The translations under genes were made by a program, and so were the position numbers. A stretch of DNA of 64,000 bases from NCBI RefSeq assembly GCF_001194135.2, contig NC_068989.1, positions 96,619,311 through 96,683,310 of the forward strand, read 5' to 3'. This document shows, piece after piece, positions 1 to 12,315 of the stretch. Numbering within the stretch: the first letter of the stretch is position 1; every line of letters starts with the position of its first letter. A model generated the notes under the pieces. It had not been told where the DNA came from, did not search any database, and saw nothing but the letters and a program-made list of their open reading frames with translations. Source of the DNA: Octopus bimaculoides. Taxonomy: Eukaryota.

Positions 1-505
1 CTTGAAAAAGTGCTAATCAGTTGGAGAATGTCTCAGGAATAAGTTGGGTGAGATGGAATTTTATAGCCCAGAATGTTCAATTTCTGCTGTCATTTGCAAG
101 AACTGGCCTGGCTTTATCATGGAGAAGAATTTTTAGTTGACCACTATCGAACAAAATTATTGCAATCATTAGTGTATTTTGATTTCCTGACAACACTTCT
201 CTACTGTGTTATTTTCACTAAGATTCAAGAAATAATAGTGGAAGATACCACTTGCTCACCACCAAACAGTGATCATGACTTCCTTTTGATGTAGCTTTGG
301 TTTGAGAAAGTGTATATTGGTATTTCACCTCTGTCCAGCTGCTATGCAGAACATAGTCATTGTAGAGAATCCATTTTTTGTCACATGTAATGAAATGGAA
401 AAAAACATGGGGTGTTTTTGTACAAAAGGAGTGCAGAACAGATGTGGTAATGACAATTTTTTTCTTGCCTCATTCAGCTTATGCAGCATCCATTTTTGAC
501 TCTTC
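1..505 (-). mobile_element. Decayed mariner (IS630-Tc1-mariner) transposase fragment
   Basis: Minus-strand frames stitched across stops and frameshifts give KWMLHKLNE (WVPHEL-like), ITCDKKWILYN, KPKLHQKEVMITVWW, ILLHDKARP and S*DISPTD*HFFK. These are the canonical mariner motifs, in the expected order. Confidence 0.85.
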
Positions 506-600
506 ATCATCATTTAACCTCCATTTTCTATGCCGGTATGGGTTGGACAGTTTAACGAGAGCTGCTCAGGCTCCACGTCTGTTTTCCCAATGTAATCCAA
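505..600 (-). mobile_element. RTE-LINE 3' tail fragment
   Basis: catcatcatttaacctccattttctatgccggtatgggttggacag matches the (GAT)n-tailed RTE 3' end seen in many copies in this window. Confidence 0.6.
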
Positions 601-1037
601 GTATCAAACAACTGTTGAATGATTATCTTTTAAGTAGTTTTGTTTGAGTTTTTTGCTTCAGTAAAGGCCTTTAATTGGTCATTGGTTACAGAAACTCACC
701 CTTGACCTTCCTCATCTTCTAAGTTCTAAGTTACTGCTACAGAATTTTTGGAACCAATGTGGAGTACTACATTCATCAACAGTTTCCTGGCCAACTGCTT
801 GACTGATACTGTAGGCAGTTTCTGCTGCGCTCAAATTCTCTTTTTTTCTGTCTTTAATTTTATTGCCTAAAATAAGTAAGGAGAAATAGTGAAAACAAAG
901 GCATTAGCATAAATCAATAGATCAAAGTCTGCACTTTAGAATAGTATATTACAGGGAAAATAGTTGAGTAAAAATTTATTTCAAAATAATCATCAAAGTT
1001 TAAAATAACAAAAGTCACTGTTATGTTGGCACCAACC

Positions 1038-1242
1038 TTAACCCTGTTGCATTCAGGTTACTCTGCCAAATGTTTTGAATTAATCCTACATTATCTTATA
1101 GCTTTCAGATTTCAATGATGTGATTGTTTATTTTAGAATGACATTGTAGGGTAGATGTAAGAGGTCTGAGCTGGTCAGTTTGAATATGAAACAAGTAGAA
1201 TATTTTGGCCAGATCTGGCCAGTTTGAATGCTGGAGGGTTAA
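1038..1242. mobile_element. piggyBac-type MITE with TTAA target-site duplication
   Basis: Starts TTAA-CCCTGTTGCATTCA and ends TGAATGCTGGAGGG-TTAA. Imperfect terminal inverted repeats, TTAA on both sides, about 200 bp, non-coding. Confidence 0.85.
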
Positions 1243-1720
1243 AATGGGACGGACATATATTGGATAATGTGATACAAGATACACTGTGTTTGGCATTCGG
1301 GAAGAAATGCAAGCAATGATCACAATCTGAAGAATTTAAATCATATCTGAGTTATCATTGCTGACCAGGGACTAAACAACAATAGTTGAGATTGTTGATA
1401 GCATTTGTAGTTGTTTTATTCAATTTTAAAAAAATATATATATATTCACAAGGTTGATTTTTTTATTTTTCATCTATTTTTGAGGATAATTTAATGAATA
1501 AATTGATTCAACTAAATTTCTTAAACTAGGGAAATTTCAGCACAGATAAAAACGTGATTCTTGAAAATCAATAGAGCAGTTATTGTTCTAATGTTGTATT
1601 TGTGAGATTTAGGTTATGTATGTAATCTGTTGTAGATTATGTAGCCTTGTCATTTTTGCTCTTTGCAATTGAATATTTTATTCTCAGTGTTGAATTAACA
1701 CTTCTTTCTGTTTTTCAAAG

Positions 1721-1815
1721 AATATGCCTTTAAAGCTATTAATCAAGGAGGACTTACATCTGTTGCTATCAAGGGAAAAGACTCAGCAGTTGTAGTAACT
1801 CAGAAAAAGGTTCCT
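1721..1815 (+). CDS. PSMA6: Proteasome subunit alpha type-6, internal exon (exon 2 equivalent)
   Basis: Polypyrimidine tract plus AG at 1719-1720 and GTAAGT donor at 1816. The phase-1 start translates (E)[31 protein letters not shown], nearly identical to metazoan PSMA6 [32 protein letters not shown]. No stops. Confidence 0.95.
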
Positions 1816-3139
1816 GTAAGTATGAAAAAAATGTATAAACAGTATTTTATTTTGAAATTTGTTAAAAATGATGAAATTCATTAAAAATAAATTAGGAGAA
1901 ACTATAGCTTAATTTTCCGAGCTAGAATTTTGACAAAACTTACTGGGAAATTTGATTGAAATGGATTTCTCGGTGGTAAGTAACTGAAGAATGATGTCTA
2001 TCAAAATATAATTATTGTAACTGTGAGACTTGGCTTGTCACTAAGATAACCCAGTATTTTTCAGTCGTTTTTTTCCTTTGACATCCACTTGTAGATAGTT
2101 GTCTTGTATCAGTAGAGTTTGTGAGTTGTCCACAGTTAGGTTAAGGGATATGAGTGTAATCTATTTTTAAGAGCATAATGGTTTGAACTAATCACTTGTT
2201 AGTGAAAGTTCCTGGCCACTTGGTTAAGGCGTTTGGTCCATGATTGTCAATGTTATTGGTTCAGTTCCTAGGTTGGATAGTACATTGTACTTTTAAGCAA
2301 AGATCTTTATTTTATGCTGCTCTAGTCTACCTAGCTGAATGCCGTTGTAGATCTTTCTCCTTCCAGTTGTCATATCCTGGATATGTCACTGAGTCAAAGG
2401 TTTGGAGATGTGGAAGAGTGTCTATGTCTGCTCACAGTTACACAGGTAATCTAAAACAATTAGCAAAAGCATGGTACATGTTACCAAGCCATACTCATTC
2501 ACAGGTGATGGCTGGCTTTAAATAAGAGAGCGACTATATGTATGTCAGATTAATTAGCTGACTGTAGGGGTAGCTGTCCTTATTTTGTAGTAGATGGGTT
2601 GTTATTGAAAAGCTCAAGCTGTAAATTAATTGATGTAATAATTTCTGTAATTTTTTGAATAACATTCCCAGAATTTCATTTTTATGGCCAGAAAAGACTT
2701 CAGTATTGTCCAATTACAAAGGCTCAAGTATTACATTGAAATATTACTGACATATCAGTGTTGTCACTGCTCACAAACATCTATTCCACTAATTACCAAA
2801 GACTGTCAAGATGCTATGACCATAGCTTCCAGTTGTTTCTTTCTGCCTCTTCTGCTAAGACAATAACCTCTGCTCATCTGAACTTGCAAGTTGTTTGCAA
2901 ACCCACTTTATTCACCCATCTTTCCTTGTCATCAATATTGTGTCTCATACTCAGATTCTGCACTAAATACATCGTCTTCTCATTCTATCCCAGAGCAACA
3001 ATGCTTTGAAATTGCTCCTGTTTTACATGCAGTTCTCATTAATTTCAAGTTCAAATTGGACATCAACCACATGAAACTTTTAAAGATCTCAGCTTGTAAA
3101 CTTCTGTTTAGAAGCTAAGATATGTGTTAATTACTGAGT

Positions 3140-4824
3140 TTAACCCTTTAGTGTTCAGAGTAATTTGTCACATGTAATGCTTATCTGTTCACATAAATTT
3201 TGATTTATTCAGGTTCAAGTGGGGTGTTCACAATATTTGCTTGTAACTTTGTTAATTTTCTACATGCAGATTCTGAAATTTTGTAAATGGGTGCTTATAT
3301 GCCAGTGGTTTATAATTACGTAATTTTAGCTGATCTTTCTGACTAAATTTGACTTTTATGGACAGGTAAATTTAATTAACAGGTGTAAAAACAATAACAT
3401 TATGAATAAACACTAAAATTCATATTCTTAATACATCTTACCTGTTTGATTTGTTACTAAAATTATCCCAGATGCCAACTGCCAACAATTTTACATTTTT
3501 CAAGATGAGGTACATTAGTTTGAATTAATTAAAATACAGGTGTAATTTGGTACAAGATTTTATTCTTTTTCTATATTTCATTCCAATGTTTACATTGAAA
3601 ATAAAGTACAAAACTCCTTTACTAGTCAATATACCATTGGCTATGTACTTTTAAACAATTTAACGAATTCATTTACATAACAATGCATCTAATAGAAAAA
3701 TCTCATTAACAGGTGAGACAAAGATGAATACAGGTGTGTAACATACTGAAAATTAATATGTATTACTCACTTTCACATATTATTTATAATAAAATGACAA
3801 GGAATATACAAAATAATATAGTTATGACATATTTCTGTCATGAAACTGCCCAAGCACCCTTTACACAAGGGCACTTTGCAAAACGAACACATATGAAGTC
3901 TCAATCTGATACCCCTTTGCAGTTTTTCTTTTTTGCAGCGAACACAGTCTGCAAACTTTTTTTCTTCCATTTATCTTTTCGACTTTATGAAAGTCAATAC
4001 TTTCTTTGTTGACATCCACCTCAGTTAATTTTGCTTTTCTCCCAGCTCTGTGCTTTCTAGAAGAAAAGCCTTCACGTAACTGAGATGCGATGTCAACCCG
4101 AAATTTCAAATGGTCGTAGTCTTTTGGTGGTGGAGGTACCTTGTGGCTTTTTACATATACAATATATGAATTTACTATAGCTAAATTAACTAAAAACCAC
4201 AAAATGTACCTCCACCATTTCTTCCCAGGTCGACCAACTGGGTAATATGCCCGATATTGGTCAGATTTACCAACCCCACCCATATATTTGTTATAACAAA
4301 TATTTACTAGGGGTTTCCCCCCAGCGTCAACACCAGGTTGTTCAGTAGAAAACAGAAATAAAATCTGTCTTTTGTCTTTGAAGGCAGTAGCTAATAAATT
4401 TTCTATTTGCATTTGTAAAATGTCCTCTCTTTTTTTAAATTTCGTTTCCATTTCACGGGGTAAACCATTACGGTTTCCTGTAACAGTACTGCACATGTAA
4501 GTACTTACACGGGCAAGATTTTCTGCCAAACCCACTGAAGAAAAAGAAACGGTCAAAATAGAGGTGTTGGTGCTGATGGTGAAATGTTTCAGTAAGAGAC
4601 CATACAACGTCATATTCCAATCCATGCAGTCTGTTTCCATTATATTTTTTACCTGTGTAAACATCAAAGTTTACACAATATCCAGTGTCTGATTCACAAA
4701 CTTCCCATACCTTGATCCTCCATTTAGTAATAAGTATGGCAGGCATGTACTGCCGAAAATGTACTCTGCCCTTATTGCCTATCATGGCTTCATCTACACT
4801 GAGATTTTTTCCAGGCAGATACAC
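3140..4824 (-). mobile_element. Decayed piggyBac (PGBD4-like) transposon, 3' half
   Basis: ORFs 4468-4824, 3861-4667 and 3773-3970 join via frameshifts into YLPGKNLSVDEAM..KGRVHFRQY..YFDRFF..YNKYMGGVGKSDQ..KKWWRY..CRLC..CSFC..LC (DDE_Tnp_1_7 core plus Cys-rich tail). A putative terminus TTAA-CCC lies at 3140. The 5' half is missing. Confidence 0.9.
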
Positions 4825-4845
4825 AGTTTTATAATTATTAACAAG

Positions 4846-5060
4846 TAGGTGCAGGAGTGGCTGTGGTAAGTAGCTTGCTTACCAACCACATGGTTNNNNN
4901 NNNNNTGGCTGTGTGGCAAGAAGCTTGCTTCCCAACCATATGGTTCTGGGTTCAGCCTCACTGCCTGACATCTTGGGCAAGTGTCATTTAAAGCGTCAAG
5001 CCAACCAAAGCCCTGTGAGTGGTTTTGGTAGAGAGGAAACTGAAAAATGCCCATTGTATA
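4846..5060 (+). mobile_element. tRNA-like SINE, family A (ggtgcaggagtggctgtggtaag head), interrupted by a 10-N gap
   Basis: Same head and body as the copies at 21875 and 58115. Confidence 0.7.
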
Positions 5061-5091
5061 CACACACACACACACACATACATACATGTAT

Positions 5092-5400
5092 GCATCATCA
5101 TCATCATCATTTTTTAACATCTGTTCTCCATGGTGGCATGGATTGGACAATTTAACCAGAGCTGGCAAGTTGAGAAGCTGCACCAAATTCCAGTCTGGTT
5201 CACTTTGGTTTCTACGGGTGGATGTCCTTCCTAATGCCACCCACTCTGAGGGTGTGTGTTGGGTGCTTTTAACATGTTACACACACAGAAGCACTTTTAC
5301 ATGGAACCTGCGCAAGTGGCACTCATGTGGCACCGACATGAGTACTTTTTACATGGCACCCTCGCAGGACCCTTGCAGGCCAGTCCTCTTCACCTGGGGA
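5092..5400 (-). mobile_element. RTE-LINE 3' UTR/tail fragment
   Basis: (CAT)n followed by ..ccatggtggcatggattggac..ggatgtccttcctaatgccacccactc, matching the other RTE tails. Confidence 0.75.
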
Positions 5401-7141
5401 TGTGGCTTTAACAATTCTGCTGTGGAGGATGAACCTTCTTGAGTACAGCAAGGCACCAGGTATCCCAGTCCTTTATCATCTCACCCAAAAGGGTCAGTGT
5501 TCTCAGGTTACCTTTCAGTATATCATCCCATGTCCTTTTGGGTTTTCTTTCATGAGTTACATCCACTTTGAAGGTCAGAGTTCTATTCGTGCGTCAAGTT
5601 TCATCAAAATCGATAAAACGGTGAAGGAGAAGTTAGCTAACAACTCCGCAAACAGACACACCAACAGACAGAATTTCCCACATATGTAGGAGAGATATAA
5701 TGTGAGTGTATAGGGATAAAATTATACAGGCAGGTATTGTGGTAGTTCTCAGATATATTCCAGGTTATGGCTAACCTCATCAAGTAGTAATAAGTGTCAA
5801 TAGTCGCTTAGTATTGAGATGAAGTCTACACAGTGGTACAACCATCTTCTGTTCTTCTTTTCTACAAATGCAGCATCAATTTTAAAAATGATTGCTGCCG
5901 TTGTTTTAGATTATTTAAAGTTATAAATCTGATACCACTGTAATATTCATTCTGTACACATTCTCTTTAATTTATCTTATTAAGAGAAACATAGATTTCA
6001 ATCTGCAACTTGGTTCCTACTGTGAAAATGCTTTCAGTTGTTAGGTTGCTCATTTAAAATATCTGCTGTTTGAATATAAATAATGCATTTGACCTTCCAA
6101 TATTATTTCACTATCAACAATTACGAACATGTATTTCTGATCACTTTTTGATCTTCTTTTCTCATCTGTTTTTCTGATACTTTCATTTAACAAATAAAAG
6201 ATTTATCCTTTTTACAATTTAATTAGATTTTCACTTTGTGGTTTGTTTAATATGCAAAATAGTTTTTAATAAATTTCAGCAAACTAGTGAAAGTTTGACA
6301 TCTATTTGGTCTGTAGCAAGAATAAACATGCAAATATTCATTCTAGTTATATCTTCCAACTGAACAAGGAATTTGGTATCAGAGTTGTTAACTCTGAAAC
6401 TAAGAGTATCTAAATATATGAAATCCTGTCTGTATGTATTTAGTTTTGCTTTGAAATTAGATAGAAGAGGAGGGAGTTATGGAAGAGGGATAGTGACAGG
6501 CAGCTACATTATAGCGCAAGACAGGGTGTGGGCTTATTTGACAGCTTGAGATCAGAATCAAACCAACCATTTTCAATGTTATTCAATCACTCATAGGGAT
6601 TCTACTTCCTGTCCTTCCTAAGATGGCAAGTGCATGTAGCAAATGATTATATATTATAATGTAAGCATTGCATCTCCAACTTATTTTCCAAGTCAGGGAT
6701 TTTTGTTATTCTTCTGCTTGTCACAAAAACCATTTGAAGACGATATGAACGTGATGTCACTCTTTTGTTAAAATGATATCATGCAAGAATATGCAAAATA
6801 TCAACATTCACATGCACATACATATATACACATATACACTTACATACATATTTACACACATATACACACATATATATATACATAAATAAAGAAGTACAAT
6901 AAAGTGTGACATGCAGCCAAAAATTGGGCTTAATAGTGGGTTCCCCTCTCCAGTCCAGTATCCTGTGTGTACGACATGGTGCATCAGTCATGGAGTAGGG
7001 TAGTGTATGGAATATGAACCAAATAATAAAAATAGTAATGAGCAGAAAAACAGGTAGTCAATGCTTTGTAGGCCATACATGCAGGTATGGCATACAAATT
7101 ATTGAATATCAAACCGATTTTCTGTTTAATTATTATTATTT

Positions 7142-7174
<33 letters not shown>

Positions 7175-7184
7175 NNNNNNNNNN

Positions 7185-7214
<30 letters not shown>

Positions 7215-7216
<2 letters not shown>

Positions 7217-7988
7217 TTACATGTGCGAACAGCTATGCTACATGGCAGTGAAGCATGGGCTGTGACAGCCGAAGGCATGTGTAGAGTTGAAAGAAATGAA
7301 GCTTGTATGCTTTGCTGGATGTGCAACGTCAGTGTGCATGTTTGACAGAGTGTAAGCATCTTGAGAGAAAAATTAAGCATAAGAGGCATCAAATGTGGTG
7401 TGCAAGAGAGACAACTGTGCTGGTATGGACAAGGACAGCTGGGTAAAGAAGTGCTGATCTCTAACTGTGGAGGGAACCTGTGGTAGAGGTAGACCCAGGA
7501 AGACATGGGACAAGATGGTGAAGCATGATCTTCGAACTTTGAATCTCACAGAGGCAATGACTGGTGATGTACTGTGCTCGAGAGGACTTGATAAGCCAAG
7601 TGCAACCGTGCTGGTGGCATGTAAAGAACATTTTTTGAATGTGGGGCTTCACGGAGGCAAAGTGGCTGAGTTTCCTTTAAGTGTTGGGCCTCACAGAGGC
7701 AGTGACCAAGACCTTTGGCATTATGCTGTGCTTGAGAAGAAGACAGATCAAGCCGAGCAAAATCACAGTCATGACAGATAACGGTGTCATGCAAAGTGGC
7801 ACCCATACTGGTGGCACATAAACACAATTCAGTGTCATGCAAATGGCACCTCTGTTGGTGGCACACAGAAGTACCCATTACTCTCCATGCCAAATCAGAC
7901 TGGAGTCTGGTGCAGCCTTCCAGCCTGCCAGCCCAGTCAAACCGTCAAACCCATACCAGCAGGGACAACAGGCGTTAAATGATGATGA

Positions 7989-7990
<2 letters not shown>
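7215..7990 (+). mobile_element. 5'-truncated RTE-clade LINE (end of RT ORF, 3' UTR, (GAT)n tail)
   Basis: Translates EGTCGRGRPRKTWDKMVKHDLRTLNLTEAM (RTE C-terminus) and ends ..ggcgttaaatgatgatgatg. Confidence 0.85.
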
Positions 7991-8035
<45 letters not shown>

Positions 8036-9197
8036 TATGTACATTTATGTATGATGTCTCTGTTTTACTCTGATGATACCATAATAATAATCATGTGGAA
8101 TATCAACATTCACTCACACACACACGTATGTATGCACTCATTCATACATTCTCATGTATGTATCGTGACTGCTCCATCTTCACAGATGATTGCTGTCTCT
8201 TTGTGCTTCCTTATTGTCAGTACATACATATGCACAAACACACATTCTATACGGCAGACTTCTGTTTAATTTTGCATCTACCCCCAGAGGCGAAAGAAAA
8301 GGACATTTGCTCAGGGTGCCATAAAATGGGATTGAATTGAAATCCATGTGTTTAAAATTTCTCACACACAAAGCAGCAATGGGTTGGAAGAGAGTATTGT
8401 TTGTCTACTGCTACAGTAAAAAAAATGGCATTGAATAAAACAAAAACCACAAGTTAGACCAACTTATTCTTATATATTTGTAATGCTATTACATTGTGAT
8501 GCATTTAACATTTATTCTATCTAAACTTAGAGTTTCATTTTTTTTAAAGTCTTTTTTTTAATATTTTCTTCTAGTTTTACAAAGCAAATTATTTTGGAAA
8601 TTACAAAATAAAAATCGGTAACTTTTACTGATTTACCGATTTTCTCCAAGACATATTTTATGTAGTTTCCCTTGCTTTTTTGTATGTTTATACCAAAAAT
8701 CTGTACTGTTACGTATTTAACAGTATTTTTATTTTTCATTTTCTTTATATATTACACAATATAAAAAAAGTGGAAACTTTTTTCATTCATTGTAGAGGAA
8801 ATGGGAATCGATAATTTTGTTTATTTAAATTTTAGTCTCATCTGACATTTTATTTAAATATTTCTAGTCTATTTTATCATTTGTAGTGAACTAAAATAAA
8901 AAAAAATAAAAACAATAATAATAAAAGACTTTGTTACTTTGTAAGTTAAGTTTATGCAATTGAGTTGATGAGGGAGCTTCTAGATGGCAGCTTTTTCTAA
9001 TGCTGCTTGAAACAGCATTTCAAATAACAGCCAAATCTCTCTCAAATGACAACTTCCTATTTTAAAAAATGCACACACACACTCATGCATTGGATAATGT
9101 AACACAGTATAGAATGGAATTACAGGGGACAGCAGTCGGGATGCTAAAGACTGGAATTTCAACCTATTCTCATGGGAGTATGTTTTGGTACGGGAGG

Positions 9198-9360
9198 CAC
9201 ACACACACATGCACACATGCACACACACGCACACATGCACACATACATGCACACGCGCGTGCACACACACACACATGCACACACACACGCGTGCACACAC
9301 ACACATATGCACACACACACACACGTGCATACACACACATACATGCACACATATGCATGT
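9198..9360. repeat. Complex (CA)n/(CACATG) microsatellite
   Basis: Interrupted CA tract that generates the His/Thr and Cys/Val pseudo-ORFs. Confidence 0.9.
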
Positions 9361-10333
9361 GTGCTCTCAGAAATATACACATATAAATAGAAAGAATGAG
9401 AGAAAGAGAAAGTGAAGATTTTAATTGTTGTTCTGTATGTCTGTCTGTCTGTCTGTATATATGTATGTATGTATGTATGCATATGAAAACGTGTGTTCAT
9501 TAATTTGTTCATTCAAATCTGATTATACACTTTGTCACTGGTAAGTTTCTTGGAATGAGATGATTGGATGCAGCTGACTGGGGATTGAACCTGTTTTGGT
9601 GACAATATGCTTCAGTACTGGAGGTGAACACACAAACGTGCATGCATTCGCAGAAATATATTCACAGAGAAAGAGAGAGAGAGAGAGAGAGAGAGGAGGG
9701 AGATTTCAATTTATTAATTAAACATTATTAATATAAACACTTTCTCTTTTCTCTTACACTTGAAAGAGAAGTGAAGGAGAGAATGAGAGAAAATGTGAAA
9801 CATATCATATTAAAGGTGTGAGCCAAACAGGTAATGCCAAACAGGTAATGCCAAAATGGTTGAGCAAAAAAAGTTCCTTGCTATATTTGATTCTTTAGAT
9901 AGCAAAAAATATATTTCTGAACAACTGCATGTAACAGAAACTCTGAGATGTGATGGAGAGAAGCATAAACATCAAATAATTTAAGTCTTTTTGTACATAT
10001 TGAGCAATGCTTCTTCCATTTGTGTGTGTACACACGCACACATACATGCACACACGTACACGCGCGCACACACACACACGTACTTTTGTGCATGAGTATG
10101 AGAGAAAAAGATGGAGATGTGAAGAATATAATTTTGAAACCAATGATTCCCCCTTTACTTAAAAGCTAGCATGAGTCATAAACCTTCCAGAGATTTGGTT
10201 GTCAAAGTGATATTGGTTCCAAACCATCTTCTCTATAGAACTTGCTATCAAGATTAAAGATACGTATGTGTATTTATATATTCTTATACGTGTGTATATT
10301 AATGTATGTATTTATATGTATGTGCATGTGTGT

Positions 10334-10380
<47 letters not shown>

Positions 10381-11279
10381 TGTGTAAAGAACAGGAATTG
10401 AGAAGAAGATCTGATAGCAAGAAAATTTCACCTGCAAAATAAGCTGATGCATTGTGAGATTTCGGCATAAGACTGCTTATCTTGGACTAATCTTCAGATA
10501 ACAATAAATATAATAAGAGATAGTGTTTGTTCTTATTGATCAGAAGAGAATACATTATACTTTTAAATACAGTAGTAAGGCCCTGCATACAGAAATATTT
10601 GAATACAAAACTGTAGTTCTTTTATATATGTGAAATGAAAACAGAACAAAATATAGTACATACATTGCGAGGAAGAGGTTTAAAACAGCCAACCGAGTGG
10701 TTTGGGGATCAGTTTCACTGCGTGGCAGAGGCCTAGGTGTGCCAGTGTGGTTAACGAGCTTGCTTCCCGATCATATGGCTTTGGATTCAGTCTCACTGCA
10801 CAGCACCTCTTCTGTTTTATCCTTGGCCAACGAAAGTCTTGTAAGTGGATTTCATAAGTGGAAACTGTGTGGAAGCCCACCATATGTATGTGCATGTGTA
10901 TTGCAGGCATTGTAGATTGGTGCAGTTCTCTGTCTCACCATCTCCTGTCAAACTATCCAACATGGCAAACATGGTAAATGATGGTGATGATGATGTAGTA
11001 TGTGTGAATGTAGCCATGTGTACTCTTGTTTAGACATCAGGTGATGGCTGTAAAGGAGCATCACCATTCTACAAGCAGGGTCGTTTGATCCCAGTTTTCT
11101 GTGAAAAATATGTCTGACCATGGAGAAACATTACCCTGCTTCAAAACAGGGGAAGATTAGTGACACCAATGGATTTCAGCCATAGAAGATCTGCCTCAAC
11201 GAATTCTGTCTGACCCATGCAAGCATAGAAAAAGGGACGTTAAAACAATGATGATGATGATTGTTATTCTACTACTGGA

Positions 11280-12030
11280 TGACTGAATTGGTAGAACATT
11301 GAATTTTATTCCTGACAAGTATTTAGTTCTGCATAAGTTTGAATGTTGTTGAGGTTAGTATTGCTTCTTATGCTTCTGGGGTCAATAAAATTCAGTTGCA
11401 TCAACCCCAGTAAATTACAGGTTCAGATTTAATTAACTGTTCCCTCCTTTCAAAATGTCTCACCTTGTACCTATGATAGAAAGAATTATTATGTTTAAGA
11501 CCAAAGGAAAGCAACAGAGATGGCAGAATAATCATTAGTGCATTGGACAAAATGCTTAGAGGCATCTTGTCCAGCTTTTTGTTCTGAGTTCAAATCCTTC
11601 AGGGGTCAACTTTACCTTTCATATTTTTAGGGTCGATCAAATAAAGTATCACCCAAGTTCTGGGTCTGATGTAATCAAGTAATCCCCTCTCCCTAAAATG
11701 TCTGACTTTGTGCCAAAATCTGAAGCAATTTTTAAGAACATTAGTTTGGTAAGATCTTTAAGGTGTTAGATATCTTTTGTAATATCTTTTTCGGTCTTTA
11801 TAGTCTAAGTTAAGGACCTACTAAAAGGCCAATTCTGATGTCCTTCCTTCTGTCTATGTATTGAAACCCTCACCATACATTTCTGACTTTGTGTAGCATC
11901 AGACAGAAAACGTTTCAATATTTGTTGAAGAGCTTTGTGCCCTGATTTCAAATCTTGCTGAGGTCAACTTTGCCTTTCATCTTCTCCGGGTGAAAAAAAA
12001 AAAAACACAATATCAATCAAGTCCTGGGGG
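11280..12030 (+). mobile_element. Three degenerate tRNA-like SINE fragments (family B)
   Basis: Repeated ..gagttcaaatcc..gtcaactttgcctttcat.. segments near 11340, 11585 and 11950 resemble the intact copy at 48966. Confidence 0.6.
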
Positions 12031-12245
12031 TCTGTGGTATTGTTCAACTTCTTCACTCAAATTTCAGGCCTTCTCTCTCTGTTAGAAACATTTGTTGTTG
12101 TTCTTGTTGTTGCCGCCTCTGCTGTTTTTGCTTCTACTCTTGTTTTTATTGTTATTTTTATTTCTCCTGTTGTATTCTTCAAAATTATTGCAGATAAAAT
12201 AAGTAAATTAGTTTTATTTTATTTTTCAATAAATATATCTTTCAG

Positions 12246-12315
12246 ACTTTGCAAAATCCAGGATGGAGATGTTGTTTGTGATCCTATGTGTGGAAGTGGA
12301 GCAATTCCAATCCAG
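12246..12315 (+). CDS. THUMPD3: THUMP-domain tRNA m2G methyltransferase (THUMPD3-like), internal exon
   Basis: tttcag acceptor and CAG|gtaaaa donor. The phase-2 start gives (R)LCKIQDGDVVCDPMCGSGAIPIQ, the SAM-binding DPMCGxG motif. GAIPI resembles THUMPD3 (DPMCGTGAIPIE) more than THUMPD2 (DPMCGLGTILLE). Confidence 0.8.

Noticed and set aside
4846-4945. SINE head apparently duplicated on both sides of the 10-N gap
   Set aside because: Most simply a scaffolding join between two SINE copies. It cannot be treated as a real tandem structure without reads.
8527-8739. Lys-rich 70-aa minus-strand ORF
   Set aside because: AT-driven composition, no recognisable motif and no convincing splice sites.
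8980-9512. His/Thr-rich and Cys/Val-rich ORFs (also at 14.3-15.4, 23.1, 33.2 and 38.4 kb)
   Set aside because: Translations of CA/TG/TA microsatellites, not metal-binding proteins.
9822-9855. 14-bp tandem duplication (and a 19-bp one at 34751-34792)
   Set aside because: Ordinary slippage duplications. Too few units and no spacers, so not CRISPR-like.
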